This document shows positions 36,264 to 44,633 of a stretch of DNA of 64,000 nt, one piece after another (positions within the stretch are counted from its first letter, which is position 1; each line of letters opens with the position of its first letter). Source of the stretch: an uncultured Chloroflexia bacterium. GTDB taxonomy: Bacteria; Chloroflexota; Limnocylindria; Limnocylindrales; CSP1-4. A program made the position numbers and the translations under genes. The notes beneath the pieces were generated by a model. It did no database searches, had not been told where the DNA came from, and saw only the letters and a list, made by a program, of their open reading frames with translations. Where the stretch lies: the NCBI GenBank assembly GCA_963828165.1, contig CAWHDR010000001.1, positions 320,001-384,000 of the forward strand. Direction: 5' to 3'.

Positions 36264-36998
36264 ATGCCGCAGTCCGACGTTGCCCGCGCTCCACTCCAGG
36301 CGACCGAGCGCGCCCGCGCGGCGGAGCACGAAGCGCTCTTGGGGGTCCTGGCACATGAGCTGCGCACCCCGATCACCACCATCTACGCGGGAAGCGCGGT
36401 CCTGGCGCGGGACGAGGACCTCCTGCCGGCCATGCGTCGCGAGCTCGCGTCTGACGTCTATCACGAGGCCGCCCGCCTGTTCCGGGCCGTCGAGGACCTC
36501 CTGGTCCTCACCCGCCTCGAGCATGACGCCGTCCGCGTGACGCGTGAGCCGATCTCCCTGATCCGTGCGGTCGACGCGGGGTCGCAGATCGAGGCGCCGC
36601 GCTGGCCCGGCTTGCAAATCATGCTTCGCCTCGATGGGACGCCGCCACCCGCCGCCGCCGATCCGGGCGCCCTGGCGCACGCGTTGCGCAATCTCATCGC
36701 CAATGTCGCCTGGCGCGCTGCCGGCGCCACGGACCTCGAGGTCGCCGTCAGTGGCGAGGACGAGCAGGTGTGCTGTCGACTGCTCGACCGGACGGGCACG
36801 CTCACGCTCGAGGATCGGGGCTCCTTGTTCGAGCTTCCGGCCGCCGACCCCGGGCCAGGATCCATCAGCCCCGGCATCGCGATGTATGTCGCCCGGCGGC
36901 TGATCGAGGCGATGCGTGGCCGGACGTGGGTGACAGATGGCGAGTCGGGAGCCGTGGAGATCGGCTTCTCGCTCCCCTGTTACGACTCCGCCGCCTGA
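36264..36998 (+). CDS. Histidine-kinase-like protein with intact H-box, no sensor and degenerate ATP-binding domain
   Basis: AHELRTPITTI present; N-box NLIANV; G1 reads DRTGTL; G2 reads SPGIAM. Confidence 0.75.
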   Translation: MPQSDVARAPLQATERARAAEHEALLGVLAHELRTPITTIYAGSAVLARDEDLLPAMRRELASDVYHEAARLFRAVEDLLVLTRLEHDAVRVTREPISLIRAVDAGSQIEAPRWPGLQIMLRLDGTPPPAAADPGALAHALRNLIANVAWRAAGATDLEVAVSGEDEQVCCRLLDRTGTLTLEDRGSLFELPAADPGPGSISPGIAMYVARRLIEAMRGRTWVTDGESGAVEIGFSLPCYDSAA

Positions 36999-38254
36999 CC
37001 CGTCTTCTTCGCCTGACCCGTCTTCTTCGCCTGGCCCGTCTTCTTCGCCTGGCCCGTCTTCTTCGCCTGACCCGTCTTCTTCGCCTGACCTGAAGCCTTG
37101 GCCTGGGTCCGACCCGGGGCTTTGGCCCCACCCGACCGACTCCCACCGCGCGGGCGAGCGCCGGATCGCGCGGCGTCGTCCTCGAGCCGCTGGCGGAGCA
37201 GCGCTCGGACGGCCGACTCCTCCCGGGGGCTCGCGGCCGTAGGCGGCGTGGCCTGCTCCTCAGCCGCCTGCACCAGCGCCCCGCGGATCGAACCCTCAAG
37301 GTAGGCCTCGAGGACGGCGGGGTGGACGTAGCTGCCGCGCGCCACGGCCGGGGTGTTGCCCAGCTGGTCGGCGGTCTGCCGGATCGCCTCGACGACGTTC
37401 CGCTTCGCGCCACGCTCACCGTCGGCCGGTTGGAGCGCCCGGAGCGCGCGGTACGCCAGCACCGTCCCGGCCCACGTCCGAAAGTCCTTCGCGCTGAATT
37501 CGGCCCCGGCCGCTTCGCGGATATAGTCGTTGACGTCCTCTGAGCCGACGTCGCGGATCTCGCCATCGTCATCGACGTACTGGAAGAGCTCCTGGCCGGG
37601 CAGCTCCTGGCAGCGTCGGACCAAGCCCGCGAGTCGGCGGTCCCGAAGCCCGACCTCGTGGGTCTGTCCCGATTTCCCGCGGAACCGGAACCGGACCGAG
37701 CCACCCTTTACCGTCGCGTGCCGATCGCGCAAGGTCGTCAGCCCGAACGACCGGTTGAGCCGGGCGTATTCGTCGTTCCCGACGCGGATCAGCGTGAGCT
37801 CGAGCAGGCGGACAACGGTCGCCAGAACCTTTTCGCGCGACAGGCCCCGGGTGGCGAGGTCGTCGTCACAACGGCGCCGGATCCGCGGCAGGACCTCCGC
37901 GAAGGCCAGCATGCGATCGAACTTGTCGCTGCCGCGGCGCTGGTGCCAGTCCGCGTGATAGCGGTATTGCTTGCGGCCGCGCGCATCACGCCCCCGTGCC
38001 TGCAGGTGGCCATTCGGCCACGGGCAGATCCAGACGTCGGTCCAGGCGGGCGGGATCGCGAGCGCCCGGATCCGGGTAAGGATCTCCCGATCCCGGATCG
38101 TCCTGCCTTCGGCGTCGCGGTAGCTGAACCCTCGCCCCGAGCGGTGGCGGCTGATGCCAGGGCGTGCATCGGTCGCGTAGCGCAGGCCGGCGTCGCGGGC
38201 GACGGCACGGGCATCCGAGGCGGCATCGGCTTCGGCTGGGCTGCGGACGACCAT
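36980..38254 (-). CDS. DNA topoisomerase IB with Lys-rich (GQAKKT)5 tail
   Basis: LAIPPAWTDVWIC, GRDARGRKQYRYH, IRVGN..Y, SFGLTTL, FRGKSG, AKDFRTW, LGNTPAVAR.SYVHP (catalytic Tyr). ATG 38254. Confidence 0.93.
   Translation of the reverse strand: MVVRSPAEADAASDARAVARDAGLRYATDARPGISRHRSGRGFSYRDAEGRTIRDREILTRIRALAIPPAWTDVWICPWPNGHLQARGRDARGRKQYRYHADWHQRRGSDKFDRMLAFAEVLPRIRRRCDDDLATRGLSREKVLATVVRLLELTLIRVGNDEYARLNRSFGLTTLRDRHATVKGGSVRFRFRGKSGQTHEVGLRDRRLAGLVRRCQELPGQELFQYVDDDGEIRDVGSEDVNDYIREAAGAEFSAKDFRTWAGTVLAYRALRALQPADGERGAKRNVVEAIRQTADQLGNTPAVARGSYVHPAVLEAYLEGSIRGALVQAAEEQATPPTAASPREESAVRALLRQRLEDDAARSGARPRGGSRSGGAKAPGRTQAKASGQAKKTGQAKKTGQAKKTGQAKKTGQAKKTGQAAES
36993..37090. repeat. 18-bp tandem repeat x5.4 (GCCTG[A/G]CCCGTCTTCTTC)
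   Basis: Contiguous units with no spacers; encodes GQAKKT on the minus strand; first unit contains the pseudo-kinase TGA. Confidence 0.92.
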
Positions 38255-38495
38255 CTGCGCACGATGGCGGGTGGCGCACGCGACGGCCATCACAACCGGC
38301 GGCCTCCACCCTCTCAGCGACGTGGCAAGCGCGTTCCGCGATATCGATGAAACTCCGGCGCGCACCTGCGTCGGCAGGCCGATACCCGGCGGTCCGGATA
38401 CTTCCGTTATCCCACCGCGCCCGTGGGGGGAGCGGCGGTGGGATGACCACCGGACGCGACAGCCCAGCCCGCCGACGAGCCCGAGGAGACCCCCA

Positions 38496-39515
38496 GTGTT
38501 GGATGCACCGCCTGCGAGACCCGGCGCGTCGGCGATCGCCGACGCGCTGCCGGATGCCCAGGCCGCCGTCGTCATCGACGACGTCACCAAGCGGTTCGGG
38601 GACGACACCGCGGTCGATGGGATCTCCCTGTCGGTTTCTGCCGGGACGATCCTTGGCATCATCGGTCCGTCCGGCTCCGGCAAGACGACCACCATCCGTC
38701 TGCTGACCGGTGCGCTGGCTCCGGACAACGGCCAGGTGCGCGTGCTGGGCGAGGACCCGCGCACCTTCCGGCGGCAGACACGAGAGCGGATCGGGTACAT
38801 GCCACAGCAGTTCACCCTGTACCCGGACCTGACGGCCCGCGAGAACGTCGATTTCGTGGCGTCGCTCTTCGGCATCCTGCTGCGGACCCGTCACCGTCGC
38901 ACCCGCGAGGTCCTCCAGCTCGTGGACCTGTGGGACGTCCGCGGTCGCCGCGCCGGCCGCCTGTCTGGTGGCATGCAGCGACGACTGGAGCTCGCCTCGG
39001 CCCTCGTCCACGATCCCGACCTGCTGTTTCTCGACGAGCCGACCGCCGGGATCGACCCCATCCTGCGAGGCACCGTCTGGGCAGAGCTCCATCGCTTGCG
39101 CGATGACGGTCGGACGCTCCTCGTGACCACCCAGTACGTCAACGAGGCCGAGGAGTGCGACACCGTCGCCCTGATCGCCGACGGCCGCCTCATCGCGCTG
39201 TCCCGTCCCGACGACCTGCGCCGCGAGGCGATGGGCGGGGATGCCGTCGAGATCGAACTCGGCAATGAGTTCGACAGCGCAAGGCTCTCGGCGTTGCCGC
39301 TCGTCCGGAGCGTCGAGCGCCGCGGAACGAATGGCCTGCGGGTGACCGTCGACGACGCCTCCACCGCACTCCCGGAGGTCGTCGAGGCGATCACCCAGAG
39401 TGGCGGCGACGTCACGTCGGCACATGAGGCCCGACAGTCGTTCGACGAGGTGTTCGCGATCCTCGTCCAGCGCGACCGCATGACCCGGGATCACCTTCCC
39501 GAGGAGGACGCCTGA
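38496..39515 (+). CDS. ABC-2 type exporter ATP-binding protein
   Basis: GPSGSGKTT, GYMPQ, LSGGM, FLDEPTAG.DP. SD GAGGAG before GTG 38496. Confidence 0.9.
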   Translation: MLDAPPARPGASAIADALPDAQAAVVIDDVTKRFGDDTAVDGISLSVSAGTILGIIGPSGSGKTTTIRLLTGALAPDNGQVRVLGEDPRTFRRQTRERIGYMPQQFTLYPDLTARENVDFVASLFGILLRTRHRRTREVLQLVDLWDVRGRRAGRLSGGMQRRLELASALVHDPDLLFLDEPTAGIDPILRGTVWAELHRLRDDGRTLLVTTQYVNEAEECDTVALIADGRLIALSRPDDLRREAMGGDAVEIELGNEFDSARLSALPLVRSVERRGTNGLRVTVDDASTALPEVVEAITQSGGDVTSAHEARQSFDEVFAILVQRDRMTRDHLPEEDA

Positions 39516-40708
39516 TGCGGCCCGCGCTGGCGGTGATCGTCCGCCTGATGGCCTTCGTCGGCAAGGAGATCATCGAGACGCTGCGCCGACCGGGCGCCAT
39601 CCTCAGCCTGATCCTCGGTCCATTCCTGATCATGGCCGTCTTCGGCCTCGGCTACAGCGGCTTCAAGCGGCCACTCGAGACCGTGATCGTGGCCCCGCCG
39701 ACCAGCGGCCTACCCGCGGATATCGAGACGTACCAGGAGCTCGCCGGCGGCGGCCTGCACATCAGCGAGGTCACCGGGGATCGGACCGCGGCCGAGGCGC
39801 GCCTCCGCGGAGGCACGGCCGACGTGATCATCATCGCTCCCGAGGACCCGGACGAACAATTCCGGGCCGGCGAGCAGTCGGTCATCGAGGTCGTGGTCGA
39901 CGTGGTCGATCCGGTCGCCGAGAACTACGCGGGATTCCTCGCTGCGGGCCTCGCTTCGGCCGTCAACCGCGAGATCATCGAACGCGTGGCGGCGGAGGGC
40001 CAGGGCTATGCCGTCGCCGCCGGAGAGCCGGAGGCCAACGCCATCCCGCCCGATGTCATCGCGGCGCCGACTCGCGCGGAGATCCGAAACGTGTCGCCAT
40101 CCACGCCACACGTCATCTCCTACTTCGCCCCGGCCGTGCTCGCCCTGATCCTTCAGCACCTCGCCGTCACGCTGGTGGCGATGTCACTTGTGCGTGAGCG
40201 CACGAGCGGCGTCATCGAACTCTTCCGCATCGCCCCCGTCAGCGCGGCGGAGGTGCTCACCGGAAAGCTCCTGGCCTTCGGATTGATCGGCGGCGCCATC
40301 GCGAGCCTGACCGTCGCGCTGCTCGTGCTCGGGCTGGGCGTGCCGATGGTCGGGGCGGTCGGGTTCGTCGTGCTTGCGATCGCCCTGCTGCTCGTGGCGT
40401 CGATCGGCGTGGGGCTCTTGATCGCGGTGGTCTCTGATTCGGAGCGACAGGCCGTCCAGCTGTCCCTGCTCGTCCTGCTCGCGTCGGTCTTCTTCAGTGG
40501 CTTCGTCCTGCCGATCAGCGAGTTCAACGAGCCGGTGCGCGCGATCGCCTACACGCTCCCCGTGACCCATGGCATCCGGCTCCTCCAGGACCTGATGCTG
40601 CGCGGTGGGACCAATCAGGCGTGGGAGTTCCTGGCGCTCGGCGTCATCGCGATGGTGACCCTCGTGGCCGCCTGGATCCTGCTGCGGCGCGGGATGACTC
40701 GTGCTTGA
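39515..40708 (+). CDS. ABC-2 type exporter permease
   Basis: KE.....RR, large loop, SLVRER..G..E, GK, FFSGF..P, LPVT.GI. TGATG overlap with the ATPase. Confidence 0.9.
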   Translation: MRPALAVIVRLMAFVGKEIIETLRRPGAILSLILGPFLIMAVFGLGYSGFKRPLETVIVAPPTSGLPADIETYQELAGGGLHISEVTGDRTAAEARLRGGTADVIIIAPEDPDEQFRAGEQSVIEVVVDVVDPVAENYAGFLAAGLASAVNREIIERVAAEGQGYAVAAGEPEANAIPPDVIAAPTRAEIRNVSPSTPHVISYFAPAVLALILQHLAVTLVAMSLVRERTSGVIELFRIAPVSAAEVLTGKLLAFGLIGGAIASLTVALLVLGLGVPMVGAVGFVVLAIALLLVASIGVGLLIAVVSDSERQAVQLSLLVLLASVFFSGFVLPISEFNEPVRAIAYTLPVTHGIRLLQDLMLRGGTNQAWEFLALGVIAMVTLVAAWILLRRGMTRA

Positions 40709-40746
40709 CTATCACCTATCCAGATCCACGCATCGGAGGACCATCC

Positions 40747-40926
40747 GTGAACGATGAGCTGCGCCCCGTCCCGGGCGAGGACACCTACGAGACCGAGCGC
40801 GAGACCGACGTCACTCCGGAGCCCGAATCGCCCGCTGAGCCGGCAGAGGAGTCGAATCCTTGGCTCAAGGAGGGTGCGGACGCCCCGGACGCGGCCGACA
40901 TCGAGGAGCCCCAAGAGCAGCGCTGA
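40747..40926 (+). CDS. Small acidic, probably disordered protein (59 aa)
   Basis: SD GGAGGA, GTG start, Glu/Pro/Asp-rich. Confidence 0.55.
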   Translation: MNDELRPVPGEDTYETERETDVTPEPESPAEPAEESNPWLKEGADAPDAADIEEPQEQR

Positions 40927-40966
40927 ACGGCGAAGCGCCGCCGAACCAGACAGCGGCCGACCAGCG

Positions 40967-41941
40967 TCAGACCGCGGCGGGCGTCCGCGCCCCCAGTCGC
41001 GGCAGGAGCTCCTTGCGCGCGAATTCGAGGAAACCGTCCTGATCCGGGCCGACCTGGTGGAGGTACACATGGTCGAACCCGGCGTCGATGAATTCCTGGA
41101 TCTTCGCGAGGTGCGCGTCGGCGTCCGGGCCGCACGTCACGACCTCGGCGACCTGGTCCTCGGTCACGCTCTGAACGAGGTCCGTGAACTGCGCCGGGTT
41201 CGGCAGCTCCTGGCTGACCTCGCCGTGCAGGGCAGCAGTGGGCCACCACTCGTGGGCCGTCTTGCGGGCCGCGCGCTCTGAGGCGGCCCAGCACAACGTC
41301 ACCTGGCCGAATCGCGGACCCTCGCCTCCGGCGCGCCGATAGGCCCCGAGCAGCTTCTTGTCCGGGGCGGTCGTGATGAGGCCGTCGGCGAGCCGACCCG
41401 CCATCTCGGCCATGCGCTCGCCGCCGGCCGCGACATGGATGGGGGGCAGCTCCTTGGGCAACGTGTAGAGCTTGGCGTTCTGCACGGTGTAATGCCGGCC
41501 GCGATGGCTGGTCACCTTGCCCCGCCACAGCTCGCGGATGACCTCGACGGCCTCCTCGAGCATCTCCGCGCGGACCTCCCACTCCGGCCACGCCTGGCCG
41601 AGGATGTGCTCGTTGAGGTTCTCGCCCGTCCCGACGCCGAGGAAGAACCGTCCCGGCATCAGGTCCGCGGCCGTCGCCGCTGCGTGGGCGATGATCGCGG
41701 GGTGAGTCCGGAACGTCGGGCAGGTCACGCCGGTCCCGACGACCAGTTTGTCGGTAGCCTGGGCGATCGCCCCGAGGACGCCCCAGACGAAGGGGCTGTG
41801 CGGGTGGCGCTCGATCCACGGGTGGAAGTGGTCCGAGATGAGGGCGAAGGAGAACCCGGCCTCCTCGGCGGCCCGGGCGTTGGCCACGAGGTCCCGCGGC
41901 CCGTGCTCCTCGCTCGAAAGCGCATAGCCGATGGCGGTCAC
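40967..41941 (-). CDS. F420-dependent LLM oxidoreductase, G6P-dehydrogenase-like (TIGR03557-type)
   Basis: GYALSSEEH.P, ISDHFHPW, GTGVTCP, GTGENLNEHI.G, HQVGPDQ. GTGA overlap with the upstream small gene. Confidence 0.9.
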   Translation of the reverse strand: MTAIGYALSSEEHGPRDLVANARAAEEAGFSFALISDHFHPWIERHPHSPFVWGVLGAIAQATDKLVVGTGVTCPTFRTHPAIIAHAAATAADLMPGRFFLGVGTGENLNEHILGQAWPEWEVRAEMLEEAVEVIRELWRGKVTSHRGRHYTVQNAKLYTLPKELPPIHVAAGGERMAEMAGRLADGLITTAPDKKLLGAYRRAGGEGPRFGQVTLCWAASERAARKTAHEWWPTAALHGEVSQELPNPAQFTDLVQSVTEDQVAEVVTCGPDADAHLAKIQEFIDAGFDHVYLHQVGPDQDGFLEFARKELLPRLGARTPAAV

Positions 41942-42114
41942 TTGGATCGGCTCTTCCGTTGGGCCTTCGTCTCGCCCGCTTCGGTGCGCTCCTTGTTCAC
42001 GGTCCGGGCGGCTCGCTCCTCCGCTTCGTCGGTGCTGACGCCTCGCTCCTGGTAGGAGTCCTTGATGTGCTCGTACTGACGTTCGCGCTTGTCGGTCCAA
42101 GCTTTCTGCGGCAT
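41938..42114 (-). CDS. Small conserved protein (58 aa; KRERQYEHIK family, ChaB-like)
   Basis: MP..W..KRERQYEHIKDS...RG.....AEE.AARTVNK.R...GE. SD GAGGAGG. Confidence 0.85.
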   Translation of the reverse strand: MPQKAWTDKRERQYEHIKDSYQERGVSTDEAEERAARTVNKERTEAGETKAQRKSRSK

Positions 42115-42296
42115 GTCGGAACCTCCTCGTCGGCCACCCGCGCTCAGCGGGATCGACAGCGTCACAAGGTGGACCTCAGGAACGCGGCACGGATGGCCGG
42201 GACGGATGTCGCAGACACGTGGCATTCCCGCCTGGCACGGCGCGGCGGATGGGCGGGGCGGCGCCAGCGCGACCGAACGTCCGCTCGGTCGCGGGC

Positions 42297-43451
42297 TCAG
42301 CGCCGGGCGAGCTGCCCCATGCGGTGGGCGGCCAGCGGCTCGGGCTCCCCGGCGTCTTCGTCCGAGCCCTGGGCCGATCCGGGTCCGACCGCGATCCTCG
42401 TCCTGGCCGCATCGAGCTGGGCAAGGTAGACGGCCTCGTAGCGATCGGTCATCCGTTCGACCGAGAAGCGGTCGAGGACCAATTCACGGATCGCTTGCCG
42501 ATCCAGGTCAGCCACGCGGTCCACCTTGAAGGCCATGCCCGCGACGTCATCGCCGAAGAAGCCATCGATGCCGTCACGCAGGATCTCGGGCAGGGCGCCG
42601 ATGCGCCGGGCGATGACCGGTGTCCCGGCGGCCAGCGACTCGATGAGCACGAGGCCGAACGGCTCGGGCCATGACCCTGGCATCAGTGACGCGTAGCTCT
42701 GCGCGAAGAGGTCGTCGCGATCGGGCTGGTCGAGCTCCCCGAGGAACTCGACGAGGGAACCCGCGGCCTTCATCGCCGGCCGGAACACGTTCTCGAAATA
42801 GTCGCGTTCGATGGCCGTCGGACCGGCCTTTGCCGCGATGCGCAACGGGCGATCGGTGGCGACAGCGATCTCGATCGCTTCCACGATCCCCTTCTCGGGC
42901 ACCACCCGCCCGACGAAGCACAGGGAGTCCGTCCGCTTCGATCCGAACGGCATCTCGGCCAGTCGCAGGCCGTTGTGGACGACCGCGGCCCAGGGCACGT
43001 CAGGGTGGGTGGCGGCCTGGTTGTCGCTGATAGCGACGAGGCCCGCGGGCGGATCGCGCAACAGCGCGTCGGCCCACGGGAGGTCCAGCCGGCCGTGGAA
43101 CGTCGCCACGACCGGGACCGGGCTGACGCGGGCCAGCAGGAGGTTGGCCCACTCCATGTGCGCATGGATGAGGTCGAATTCCGTGGCGTGCGCGAGGACC
43201 GCATGGAGCGTCAGCTGCATGTACGGTAGCGAGTCGCCCGCGTAGCCAAGTGGACGGAGCGCCTCAGGCACGGTCTCGATGTGACGGCCAGGCACCACAG
43301 AGTCGCCGCTGGCGAAGGTCGTGATCTCGTGACCTCGGCGATCGAGCTCGGTGACCAGCCCGTGCACGATGCGCTCGGTCCCGCCGTACGCCCGTGGTGG
43401 CACACGCTCGAATGGCGGGGCGACCTGGGCGATGCGCAGCGAACGAGTCAT
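42297..43451 (-). CDS. Glycosyltransferase family 4
   Basis: IAQVAP..E.VPP..YGGTER, FASGDS, FVGR..PEKG, WPEPFGLV.IE.LA.GTPV. Confidence 0.92.
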   Translation of the reverse strand: MTRSLRIAQVAPPFERVPPRAYGGTERIVHGLVTELDRRGHEITTFASGDSVVPGRHIETVPEALRPLGYAGDSLPYMQLTLHAVLAHATEFDLIHAHMEWANLLLARVSPVPVVATFHGRLDLPWADALLRDPPAGLVAISDNQAATHPDVPWAAVVHNGLRLAEMPFGSKRTDSLCFVGRVVPEKGIVEAIEIAVATDRPLRIAAKAGPTAIERDYFENVFRPAMKAAGSLVEFLGELDQPDRDDLFAQSYASLMPGSWPEPFGLVLIESLAAGTPVIARRIGALPEILRDGIDGFFGDDVAGMAFKVDRVADLDRQAIRELVLDRFSVERMTDRYEAVYLAQLDAARTRIAVGPGSAQGSDEDAGEPEPLAAHRMGQLARR

Positions 43452-43478
43452 GGGACAAACACCTTACGAGAAACGATC

Positions 43479-43514
43479 GGCCGCGAGGCCCGCCTGGGCG
43501 GGATCCTCGCGGCC
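43479..43514 (-). terminator. Terminator-like hairpin after glycine-zipper gene
   Basis: GGCCGCGAGG-CCCGCC..GGCGGG-AT-CCTCGCGGCC, followed on the minus strand by GTTTCT. Confidence 0.55.
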
Positions 43515-43553
43515 AGTGTCGCACTCCCGGCCGATCGCCGGGTCGGGCTGGGG

Positions 43554-43985
43554 TCAGTAGGAGCGCTCGGTCGGGTTGTTGGGGTTGGTCTCCTCGGTCT
43601 CTTCCTCGGTCTGGTCGCCCGCACCGGCACCACCGGCCGCGCCGACCGCACCACCGACGACCGCGCCGGGAGGTCCGGCGACGGCGCCACCGACCAGGGC
43701 GCCGGCCGCGGCGCCACCGAGGGCACCGGTGCCCGCACCGGCCTCGTCGTCGCCTTCGGCCGCCTCACCGGCGACCGCGCCACCGACGGCGCCGATCGCG
43801 CCACCGACGACGGCACCGGGGGGCCCACCGACGGCCATGCCGACGGCGGCGCCGCCGAGAGCGCCGGCTCCGGCGCCCATGGCCTCCGTGCCGCCTTCCT
43901 CGTTCTCGGGAGCCGTGCCACGGCCCTCGTTCAACAGGTCGTCATCGTGGGGGTGGTCGTGAGGGGTGGTCGTGTCGTGGTCCAC
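43554..43985 (-). CDS. Glycine-zipper domain protein (two repeats)
   Basis: GAGALGGAA.G..V.GPPGAVVGGA.GA.GGA twice; acidic termini; SD AAGGAGG. Confidence 0.8.
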   Translation of the reverse strand: MDHDTTTPHDHPHDDDLLNEGRGTAPENEEGGTEAMGAGAGALGGAAVGMAVGGPPGAVVGGAIGAVGGAVAGEAAEGDDEAGAGTGALGGAAAGALVGGAVAGPPGAVVGGAVGAAGGAGAGDQTEEETEETNPNNPTERSY

Positions 43986-44119
43986 TGGGGGCCTCCTTGT
44001 GTTCGACTGACCGGCACATCGCCGGTGACGGGACGTCGGATGACGCCGTTGGTCCGACGGTAGGTGGCGCCAGCCGGGCGGGACGTCAATCCGCGGTCAC
44101 CCCGCGTATCAGGCGGCTA

Positions 44120-44422
44120 TCAGCGGGACTGGCCGGCCTCCCGCACCTGATCGTCATCCGCTTGCGGGCCTTCGCGGTGACCATCCGGGACGAGATCCTT
44201 GGCCGTCGCACCCGACTGGGTGCTGTGCGCGGCGACACGCTCGTCCTCGCGCGAGCTGCCGCCCGGGATCGTGGCGGCCTGGCGCTCGGGCTCGCGGCCG
44301 ACATAGGCACCAGGATCGCGACGCTGGTCATCTGGATGGTCCGTTCGCTGCCCATCGTCCGTGGGCTGGGGCGTGCCGCCGCGGGGGGACCGGTCGCGGT
44401 CGCTCGTGTCGTTTCCTGTCAT
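44120..44422 (-). CDS. Small hydrophilic hypothetical protein (100 aa)
   Basis: SD AAAGGAG upstream of ATG 44422; D/R/G/Q-rich. Confidence 0.6.
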   Translation of the reverse strand: MTGNDTSDRDRSPRGGTPQPTDDGQRTDHPDDQRRDPGAYVGREPERQAATIPGGSSREDERVAAHSTQSGATAKDLVPDGHREGPQADDDQVREAGQSR

Positions 44423-44633
44423 CGGTCGAATCTCCTTTGGTCGGCGCCGTGACCGTCGCCGGAACGGGGCCCTCATCGTGCGCGGGCGTGCATCCCGCCC
44501 GGACGCCATAGCCCGCCGAGCCTCGTTACGACGGGACGACAGCGCGAACGCTGGCCTGAAGCGCTGCTCCCGGTCATCCGTGGGCGAGACGTGGTCCATA
44601 CTTCCGACGCTCAGGGCATCGCGAGGGAGATAC

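Noticed and set aside
36993-37090. 18-bp repeats as a CRISPR array
   Set aside because: Units are contiguous with no spacers, too short, in frame within a CDS, and no cas genes are present.
38255-38875. N-terminal extension of topoisomerase IB (track ORF to 38875), and similar extensions of yceI (to 23725), cupin (to 25299) and cofD (from 60533)
   Set aside because: The extensions overlap other real genes and have no family similarity; better starts exist downstream.
41938-42114. Toxin-antitoxin or plasmid stability module
   Set aside because: No ParE/RelE-like features and no partner gene; the context is chromosomal.
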